Positions 26,678 to 33,102 of a DNA stretch of 33,102 bases are shown one piece after another. Position numbers and translations under genes: made by a program. The stretch is from assembly GCA_964445715.1 (NCBI GenBank), contig CAYULJ010000002.1, forward strand, positions 1-33,102, given 5' to 3'. Under the pieces are notes generated by a model. It had not been told where the DNA came from. It saw only the letters and a list, made by a program, of their open reading frames with translations, and ran no database searches. Position 1 is the stretch's first letter. Every line of letters starts with the position of its first letter. The stretch is from an uncultured Planctomycetia bacterium. GTDB lineage: Bacteria; Omnitrophota; Gorgyraeia; Gorgyraeales; Gorgyraeaceae.

Positions 26678-28113
26678 ACCCTCTTATATATCTCGTTAAA
26701 CTCACTCTCAAGAACAAAAAACGGCGCAACATTACATCCAGTAAAATTCTTTATTTCGTTTATAGCCTCGATATCCTTGGGATTTAGCATAACAACGCTT
26801 ATCACGTTCTTTTCCTGATTAATCGGAATAATATTGCGCTCCTTGATAAGCCTTGCCGGTATATTCTTTGCGTAGCCCTCTAATTTTTCATCTTTATCTA
26901 AAGACCTTATATCATAATGCGGTATATTAAGTTGTGATTCCAATGCCCTCACTATATCTCCCGAAGAAGCATAACCAAGATCAATGATGCTTTGGCCTAT
27001 TCTCTGGCCTGTACTCCAATGTTTATCCAAAGCCATCTCGAGTTGATGAATATCTAAGATCTGGGACTCCAAAAGGATCTGCCCTAAAGGCCTATAGTTA
27101 AACTTTATCTCTGCTGTAAATTCTTTTCGGACAGATTTGCCAGGCGATTCTTCTATAGGGATAAATTCTTTTTTTACTTGCTTCCTCCGATTGACTAAAA
27201 AATTGCTACCAGGAAGAGTCTTCAAGTGACGCTTTATCTCTGTTATTATTTCCATTAGCTCAACGATGTTCTGTAATTTGAATTCGCTGTTGTTTGCTAT
27301 TGCTACCGAGACACTCATAAGCGGCATCTCTACTACGTTTCCCCTGCGATCCTTGGCTACAATATGACCCCTATCCCTGTCATCCGCGCTGTAATGAAAA
27401 GAGGTCAGTCTGCTAAAATCCAGTATTGATTCAGAGGCTATCAATCTCTCTCGCTTAGGCGTAGTGACTACGACAAAATCATCGCCGCCTATGTGTCCGA
27501 CAAAATCACTTTTATTTCCATGTTTCTTTACAGTATTTGATATGATATAAGCTGTGTGCCTTATTACGCTATCCCCTTTTCTGTATCCGTATTTATCGTT
27601 GAAACATTTAAAATTATCAATGTCATAATACGCCACTGAAAAGATCGCGCCTTCCTCGATCTTTGCCTGAATGATCTTTTCTATCTGGCGATTCCCGGGA
27701 AGCCTTGTCAGCGCGTTTGCGTGGAGCTGATGCGTTATGCGGCGCAATGCCATCTCCATCCTCACTTCTAGATCAATAGGGTCAGGCGGATTTACGATAT
27801 AATCATCCACGCCCTGCTCTAGCTCGAGCATCTTCTTTCTGATCCGCTTCTTGTCTATAAGGATTACTACGGGGATATGAGCGGTGAGAAAGTCTTCCTT
27901 GAGGGCTTTGGAAAGCTGCAACCCGTCCATTTCCGGCAGGTTAAAATCGACGATTATTATATCTGGCTGCTCGCGTCTTACTGTCCCAAGGACTGACAAC
28001 CCATCCGTTGCAGTGACGACTTCGTAATCCCATGCCTTCAACAGATACGTCAATATATCTACGATATTCTTGTCGTGCTCGGCTAATAATACCTTTCTAT
28101 TTCTCGTTGCCAT
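26650..28113 (-). CDS. Response regulator-GGDEF-MshEN fusion (putative diguanylate cyclase)
   Basis: REC (PDIIIVDFNLPEMDG), DIDNFKCFNDKYG, GHIGGDDF, then RPLGQILL...RIGQSIIDLG MshEN repeats. Confidence 0.88.
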   Translation of the reverse strand: MATRNRKVLLAEHDKNIVDILTYLLKAWDYEVVTATDGLSVLGTVRREQPDIIIVDFNLPEMDGLQLSKALKEDFLTAHIPVVILIDKKRIRKKMLELEQGVDDYIVNPPDPIDLEVRMEMALRRITHQLHANALTRLPGNRQIEKIIQAKIEEGAIFSVAYYDIDNFKCFNDKYGYRKGDSVIRHTAYIISNTVKKHGNKSDFVGHIGGDDFVVVTTPKRERLIASESILDFSRLTSFHYSADDRDRGHIVAKDRRGNVVEMPLMSVSVAIANNSEFKLQNIVELMEIITEIKRHLKTLPGSNFLVNRRKQVKKEFIPIEESPGKSVRKEFTAEIKFNYRPLGQILLESQILDIHQLEMALDKHWSTGQRIGQSIIDLGYASSGDIVRALESQLNIPHYDIRSLDKDEKLEGYAKNIPARLIKERNIIPINQEKNVISVVMLNPKDIEAINEIKNFTGCNVAPFFVLESEFNEIYKRVIKKADKGQ

Positions 28114-28119
28114 ATTATC

Positions 28120-28148
28120 ATTATAAATTAAAAAAAATCCACGGTCAA
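28120..28148 (-). promoter_or_regulatory. Sigma70 promoter directly before the ATG (leaderless-type)
   Basis: TTGACC-17-TATAAT with the ATG 6 nt after the -10 box; no SD. Confidence 0.65.
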
Positions 28149-28226
28149 CCAGAATAAGTAGTATTTGAAAAAATTATTACGCTTCTTAAGCCAAAAGAGG
28201 TTCTGCTTCTTCTTGTGGCTCTACAG

Positions 28227-28411
28227 TTGTCTTTCCAACCTGAGCAGTGCTTCAAAAAGCCTCTTTATTTTTTGCGGGCATGGTGCTTAAGTTTACACTT
28301 TAACAATGTTAAAGTGTAAACTTAAGCGAGCAAAAAATAAAACGGAGCGAAGGCCGCCTCGCTGGGGCGGACAAGCGTCTTTTTGAAGCACTGCTCAGGT
28401 TGGAAAGACAA
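28227..28411. mobile_element. 185-bp MITE/REPIN-like nested inverted-repeat element containing palindrome copy 13 (28286..28326)
   Basis: Perfect 33-bp terminal IR (28227..28259 / 28379..28411), inner 12-bp IR (28264..28275 / 28330..28341), central 41-bp palindrome; mobility is inferred. Confidence 0.7.
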
Positions 28412-28454
28412 AAGTATAGTTGCAAGGAAAGTATATTCTGCTATAATGGATGTT

Positions 28455-29153
28455 ATGAAACTTTCGATTTTGATTCCCGCGTACAATGAAGAGCGTTTTA
28501 TACAAGAGATAATGTCAGAAATAAAATCTCTCGATCTTTCGCGCCTGGGGATACCGGAAAAAGAGGTCATCCTTATAAACGACGGCTCTACTGATAGGAC
28601 AGTAGAAAAAGCCTCGAATGTCATTCCGAATATAAAAATCATACACCACATAAAAAACCAAGGCAAAGGCGCAGCGCTTACATCAGGCATCCCCCACGCC
28701 ACCGGCGACATAATAATAATACAGGACGCGGACCTGGAATACAGACCATCTTTATATCCCGAGCTTTTAAAACCGATTGTCGAAGGAGGAGCCGATATCG
28801 TATACGGGTCCAGATTCTTGGAGAAGCCTCATCCAGAAAACATGAGGATGTCGTATTTTCTAGCTAACCGCTTTGGGACGTTTTTAGTAAACATTCTGAA
28901 CAGTATACATCTTACTGACCCTATGACATGTTTTAAGGTCTTTAGAAAAAAGACATTGGAAGGCATAAAGCTTACCTGCAAAGGCTTTGGAACTGATGCG
29001 GAGCTTACTGCGAAAGTCACCAAGAAAGGTTTTAAGATAAAAGAAGTGGCTGTGCCTTACAAGGCAAGGACTTTCAAGGAAGGAAAAAAATTTCACCCTC
29101 TTTGTTCTCTTAATGTACTCTGGTCTATAATAAAGTACTCACTCCGAGGCTAA
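28455..29153 (+). CDS. Glycosyltransferase family 2 (DPM1-like)
   Basis: [33 protein letters not shown] and VYGSRF motifs; the track start at 28383 lies in the repeat. Confidence 0.92.
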   Translation: MKLSILIPAYNEERFIQEIMSEIKSLDLSRLGIPEKEVILINDGSTDRTVEKASNVIPNIKIIHHIKNQGKGAALTSGIPHATGDIIIIQDADLEYRPSLYPELLKPIVEGGADIVYGSRFLEKPHPENMRMSYFLANRFGTFLVNILNSIHLTDPMTCFKVFRKKTLEGIKLTCKGFGTDAELTAKVTKKGFKIKEVAVPYKARTFKEGKKFHPLCSLNVLWSIIKYSLRG

Positions 29154-29437
29154 CCGAATAATCCTTTGGCCTTTAACTTACCTGTTGTTTTTTTGTAATC
29201 ATCGAAATCAATAAATGTCAGATTAGGTCTTTTATTTTTTATTTTTGTTATTTCTCTGGTCCGGGAAGCAATGTATTTAAAAGGTGTTCCGCATTTCGGG
29301 CAACTAGTTGCTTTTGAATAATCTATGCCAAGCTCTCTGCACTTAGCGCAATCTCCCGTAGACTCACCTACTATAAGAAGATGAGCCATAACATCGTTTA
29401 TCTCAATCTTTGTCCATACGCGTATAAAATCAGACAT
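29150..29437 (-). CDS. Zinc-ribbon hypothetical protein
   Basis: CAKC...CPKC; the track's upstream extension runs through a terminator hairpin, so ATG 29437 is preferred. Confidence 0.65.
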   Translation of the reverse strand: MSDFIRVWTKIEINDVMAHLLIVGESTGDCAKCRELGIDYSKATSCPKCGTPFKYIASRTREITKIKNKRPNLTFIDFDDYKKTTGKLKAKGLFG

Positions 29438-29440
29438 ATC

Positions 29441-29494
29441 AAAAAATACCCCGTACCGCTTTTTTGCCATCAAAAAGCGGTACGGGGTAAAAAA
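29441..29494 (-). terminator. Intrinsic terminator after the csp gene
   Basis: TACCCCGTACCGCTTTTT / AAAAAGCGGTACGGGGTA inverted repeat with A/T tracts. Confidence 0.8.
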
Positions 29495-29508
29495 GGTTGC
29501 TATATAGT

Positions 29509-29709
29509 TTATAACAGCTTGACTACGTTAGCTGCTTGCTCCCCCTTTGGACCTTGGACTATATCGAATTCTACTTCTTCTCCTTCTGCCAAACTCTTAT
29601 AGCCTTCTCCCTGTATGGCTGTATGATGAACAAACACTTCCTTGCCGCTTTCAGGAACAATAAAGCCATAGCCTTTTTTGTTATCAAACCACTTAACTTT
29701 TCCTTTCAT
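29509..29709 (-). CDS. csp: Cold-shock domain protein
   Basis: GKVKWF, KGYGFI (RNP1) and VFVH (RNP2); promoter TTGACA-17-TATACT at 29776..29804. Confidence 0.95.
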   Translation of the reverse strand: MKGKVKWFDNKKGYGFIVPESGKEVFVHHTAIQGEGYKSLAEGEEVEFDIVQGPKGEQAANVVKLL

Positions 29710-29810
29710 AGCGCTTCTTTCTCCTCCTGCCGTTCACCTCACAAAACCCTTTCTGTAAGGTATAAATTAAAAATAAGTATAGTACCACGTCGACATTTTG
29801 TCAAATTTTT

Positions 29811-30524
29811 CTACTGCTCTGGCAATTCCTCAGTGGCCTTTTCTTCGTAATCGTGAAAAATGCTTCTCGCCTTTATATTATGGTCCTTCTCTATGGTCTT
29901 TAATCTCTCTTCTAATTCGTGCTGCATCTTGAGCATAATGCGCACAACATCTGCTATGGGGTCGGGTAAATTCCCGTGCTCAAAATCCAGCGTCAATTTT
30001 TCCATTGTCTTTTTTTCAACGACCTTGCCAGGCACGCCTACTACGGTCGCACCAGGCGGAACGTCTTTAATAACAACAGAACCAGAGCCTATCTTTGCGT
30101 TATCGCCTATATTTACAGGACCTAGGATGCAAGAATTAGAACCTACGACCACGTTTTTGCCCAGTGTCGGGTGTCGCTTTTCCTTTTCAAGACTTGTCCC
30201 GCCCAAGACCACTCCCTTATAAAGAAGCGTATTATCTCCTATCTCAGCGGTCTCGCCAATGACAATGCCCATTCCATGGTCTATAAAAACACTATGACCT
30301 ATCTTTGCTCCAGGATGTATCTCTATCCCAGTAAGAAACCTTGAGACATGAGAAATAATCCTTGCTACCATGTAAAGCCTCTTCAAATAGAAAAAATTAG
30401 CTATCCTGTGAAGCCATAAGGCATGAAGCCCTGGATAGCATAATATTATTTCTAAGGTGTTTTTTGCCGCAGGATCTTTCTCTTTGGCAGATTTTATATC
30501 CTCTTTCATCCTATCTATAAACAT
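29811..30524 (-). CDS. cysE: Serine O-acetyltransferase
   Basis: [26 protein letters not shown] and KRHPT hexapeptide-repeat motifs. Confidence 0.95.
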   Translation of the reverse strand: MFIDRMKEDIKSAKEKDPAAKNTLEIILCYPGLHALWLHRIANFFYLKRLYMVARIISHVSRFLTGIEIHPGAKIGHSVFIDHGMGIVIGETAEIGDNTLLYKGVVLGGTSLEKEKRHPTLGKNVVVGSNSCILGPVNIGDNAKIGSGSVVIKDVPPGATVVGVPGKVVEKKTMEKLTLDFEHGNLPDPIADVVRIMLKMQHELEERLKTIEKDHNIKARSIFHDYEEKATEELPEQ

Positions 30525-30562
30525 GCAAGCCCTCCCTTTATAGATTTAGCTAAAAATAACCA

Positions 30563-30603
30563 CCTAAGTTTACACTTTAACAATGTTAAAGTGTAAACTT
30601 AGG
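30563..30603. repeat. 41-bp palindrome, copy 14
   Basis: CCTAAGTTTACACTTTAACA-A-TGTTAAAGTGTAAACTTAGG, perfect. Confidence 0.95.
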
Positions 30604-30605
30604 GA

Positions 30606-30740
30606 TTAATTGTCTTCTTTTGGTTCGCCGTCAAAGACAACCCAATCAATGTCATTCGCAATACGCTTCGTACGAGCGCAGCCTGCTACTATAGCAGGGA
30701 CCAAGGCTAATAACAAGATTATAAGCAATGCTCGTTTCAT
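30606..30740 (-). CDS. Small lipoprotein (44 aa), absent from the ORF track
   Basis: MKRALLIILLLALVPAIVAG-CARTKRIANDIDWVVFDGEPKEDN*, lipobox VAGC, SD GAGGAG. Confidence 0.7.
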   Translation of the reverse strand: MKRALLIILLLALVPAIVAGCARTKRIANDIDWVVFDGEPKEDN

Positions 30741-30754
30741 CTGCATCTCCTCGT

Positions 30755-31903
30755 TTATTTTGGAAGAGTAAAGTAGAATTGACTTCCCTTGCCGGCCTCA
30801 CTCTTCACCCACATCCTTCCTTTATGAAGCTCTACTATATCCTTTGCTATAGGAAGCCCCAAACCCGTACCTTCTTTTTTCTCAGCAGTCACGCGCGTGA
30901 ACTTATCGAATATTTTATCTATATCTTCCAGATATATCCCCTCGCCAGTATCTGAAACTCCCACCAGTACCTCTTTCTCTAGGTTCAGACTCCTCACGGC
31001 AATAGCGCCTCTCTCAGGGCTATATTTTATGGCATTACTGAGAAGATTGACAAAGACTTGTGTTATTTTATCTAGGTCAGCATTTACGACTAAAGCCCCC
31101 TTCGCAAGTTCCTTTTTAAGGGTCTGTTTTTTATCTCCCAATATCTTATCAAAAATCTTTATGTTTTGCTCGATTATTTCATTTATATTCACAGGCTCCT
31201 TCTTTAATCGTAACTTTCCAGATTCGATCTTTGATATATCCAGTAGATCATTTACAAGTCTGGATAACCTATTGGCAATATTTATAGCGCCGTCAAGCAT
31301 GTCCTTCTGCTCGGGCGACACATTGCCAAGGCGACCTTTAGCGACCATGTCGACGTTTCCCTTTATGATAGTCAAAGGAGTCCTGAATTCATGGGCCACA
31401 TTTGAAACAAAGTTGGACTTTAAATTATCCAGCTCTTTTAATCTCCTGTTTGCCGCCTCCAGCTCTGCCTTCTTCGCAACTATCTCATTCTGTAATCTTT
31501 CTCTTTCCTTTGCTGCATGGAATGAGGTAAGGGCATTATGAATAACCAGAGGTAGCCCCTCTTCAAAACCTTCATGACGCATCACAAAATCATAGGCGCC
31601 CAACCGCATTGCTTGAGTAGAAAATTCCTCACATCCCTCGTCAGCCATCATAATAACTGGCCCTTTGAGATCCTTATATTGCAAATCAGAGAGTACTTCA
31701 AGACCATTAGACCCGGGAAGCTCATAAGAAAGAAGGATCGCGTCCAAATCTTCTTCATCGACTTTATTAAGGACTCTTTCCTCCTTCTGTAACAACAAAA
31801 CCTCATAAGAAACGCCTGTTTGATTTGCAAAGACATCTTTTATCTTTGTTATCTTCGGCGGATCAAATTCTATCAACAATATCTTTATCGTCTCTTTTCC
31901 CAT
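30755..31903 (-). CDS. Hybrid receiver-histidine kinase
   Basis: N-terminal REC-like domain, AHEFRTPL H-box, NLLSNAIKY, DTGEGI and GTGLGL boxes. Confidence 0.92.
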   Translation of the reverse strand: MGKETIKILLIEFDPPKITKIKDVFANQTGVSYEVLLLQKEERVLNKVDEEDLDAILLSYELPGSNGLEVLSDLQYKDLKGPVIMMADEGCEEFSTQAMRLGAYDFVMRHEGFEEGLPLVIHNALTSFHAAKERERLQNEIVAKKAELEAANRRLKELDNLKSNFVSNVAHEFRTPLTIIKGNVDMVAKGRLGNVSPEQKDMLDGAINIANRLSRLVNDLLDISKIESGKLRLKKEPVNINEIIEQNIKIFDKILGDKKQTLKKELAKGALVVNADLDKITQVFVNLLSNAIKYSPERGAIAVRSLNLEKEVLVGVSDTGEGIYLEDIDKIFDKFTRVTAEKKEGTGLGLPIAKDIVELHKGRMWVKSEAGKGSQFYFTLPK

Positions 31904-31914
31904 CTCTCGCCTTT

Positions 31915-33102
31915 TTATTTAGAGATCAGATCTTCTATCTCTTTGATATGCGACAATGCCTCTCCTTCTCCGACTTTGATGAAATTCTTGACTAAGTGAA
32001 AATCTATGGATGTCGCTTCGACTAATACAGGATGTAATGCCACGCTGGCTTTTTTACAGCTATTTTCAGCAAGGACATATTCGATCGACTGCATGCTAGT
32101 CATAATGATATCGAATATATTTGGAGTAAAGATCTTTTTAAAAAACTTTCGAATGCCAGCGATCAGCTTTATATAAAATGGGGCTCGGCGCAATGCATCC
32201 TGCTCTCCTGCTATCTTCTTTTTTAACAACATGTTCCTTTTGTGTATATCTTCAGGACCCGGCAAGACATTTACTGCTATTATTTTTCTGACACCTTGTT
32301 TCAATAAGATATCCACGGGCACAGGATCAGAGACTCCGCCGTCAACTATCAATCTTTCTTTATCTACTTTAGGCTTAAAAATACCTGGTATTGCAATGCT
32401 GGTATAGACAGCATCCACCAACCTGCCCTTTTCTATTGCAAACGTCTCTCTATTGGCCAAGTCGTATACCATTATCTTAACAGGTATTTTCAAATCTTCA
32501 AATCTTTTTTCTCCCAATATATTGATCAAAAACCTCTTCAGTCTCCTGCCAGCTAAGATACTAGATATAGGTATGGTAAAATCCATCAGCCTCATAATAT
32601 TAAGCTTATTTCTGAGTTTTTTCGCAATAAGTCCTATCTCCGAAGGAGAAAATCCCAACCCCCACAGGCTCGCAATAAGCGCGCCTATACTAGAGCCAGA
32701 AACAATATCCACCGGGATGTTTTTTTCTTTCAAGATCTTCAAGATGCCTATGTGCGCAAGGCCAAAAGCAGCCCCGCTCCCAAGGGCAAGACCTAAAAGC
32801 ACGCCGGATTCTCTCTTGGCGATCCTCAGTACTGACTTAGAATAATCTGATATCTGCGATCTCAAGACTAATGGGCTCCCCTTTGAATCTACAGAAGCAT
32901 CTAAGATGCTGGCTTCGGGTACTACAGCCCATATGTCCCTCCGGATCAGCCAAGACATCTCCTCCACAGAAAACTTATCAAATATATTCAACCTGTTTAC
33001 AATTACCTTCAGCGCTTTATGTATGTCTTTCTCTCCTTTTTCAAGTATATCCTCAAGGAATTTATATCCGCTCTCAAGATCATCCTTTGTCGAATCAGAA
33101 AA
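31915..33102 (-). CDS. Patatin-like phospholipase, 5'-truncated by the window edge
   Basis: LGSGAAFGLAHIG, GSSIG and DGG motifs; the frame stays open from 32991 to the end of the window. Confidence 0.88.
   Translation of the reverse strand, partial: FSDSTKDDLESGYKFLEDILEKGEKDIHKALKVIVNRLNIFDKFSVEEMSWLIRRDIWAVVPEASILDASVDSKGSPLVLRSQISDYSKSVLRIAKRESGVLLGLALGSGAAFGLAHIGILKILKEKNIPVDIVSGSSIGALIASLWGLGFSPSEIGLIAKKLRNKLNIMRLMDFTIPISSILAGRRLKRFLINILGEKRFEDLKIPVKIMVYDLANRETFAIEKGRLVDAVYTSIAIPGIFKPKVDKERLIVDGGVSDPVPVDILLKQGVRKIIAVNVLPGPEDIHKRNMLLKKKIAGEQDALRRAPFYIKLIAGIRKFFKKIFTPNIFDIIMTSMQSIEYVLAENSCKKASVALHPVLVEATSIDFHLVKNFIKVGEGEALSHIKEIEDLISK

Noticed and set aside
26558-26818. Plus-strand 86-aa ORF as the target of the second riboswitch
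   Set aside because: It starts inside the aptamer, lacks an SD and is mostly antisense to the GGDEF gene.
28174-28232. tmRNA-tag-like reading frame (...QEEAEPLLA*) on the minus strand
   Set aside because: No tRNA-like ends or pseudoknots nearby and no start signal; chance or a gene remnant.
3361-30603. Palindromes as a CRISPR array
   Set aside because: Copies are kilobases apart, separated by whole genes, and no cas genes are present.
3361-30603. Palindromes as integron attC sites
   Set aside because: The post-stop position and co-oriented genes are suggestive. However, 41 bp is too short, the TAAC/GTTA cores are central rather than terminal, there are no extrahelical bases, the intervals hold multi-gene housekeeping operons, and no intI is present.
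3361-30603. Palindromes as intrinsic terminators or TTAA target-site duplications
   Set aside because: The stem is AT-rich with no U-tract and a 1-nt loop; variant ends (CCTAAG...CTTAGG) stay inverted rather than direct.
104-32845. Numerous plus-strand shadow ORFs (e.g. 5263..5724, 9503..10063, 19565..20221, 30897..31541)
   Set aside because: They are antisense to well-supported genes and have no motifs or RBS.

Overview
A bacterial chromosomal segment of about 40% GC. Almost all genes lie on the minus strand and are housekeeping or accessory: arsM-like methyltransferase, DnaQ-like exonuclease, GGQ release-factor homologue, U32 family, rlmN, yjbQ, Fic, cutA, AsmA, PilT/PilU, RsuA/RluB, hflKC, csp, cysE, hybrid kinase and patatin. 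The gene repertoire suggests a PVC-group lineage such as Omnitrophota (inference). The main unexplained signal is a 41-bp near-perfect palindrome, CTTAAGTTTACACTTTAACA-W-TGTTAAAGTGTAAACTTAAG, present 14 times (about one per 2.4 kb). It shows compensatory base changes, usually sits right behind or inside a stop codon, and at three sites is the core of a larger modular inverted-repeat element; no transposase or integrase is in the window. The second signal is a pair of c-di-GMP-I riboswitches. One precedes a PilZ-domain gene. The other has its own promoter and points antisense into a REC-GGDEF-MshEN gene. Also noted: a DUF885/permuted ATP-grasp/methyltransferase cluster, a candidate sRNA, probable leaderless genes, two small ORFs missed by the track and one frameshifted gene.
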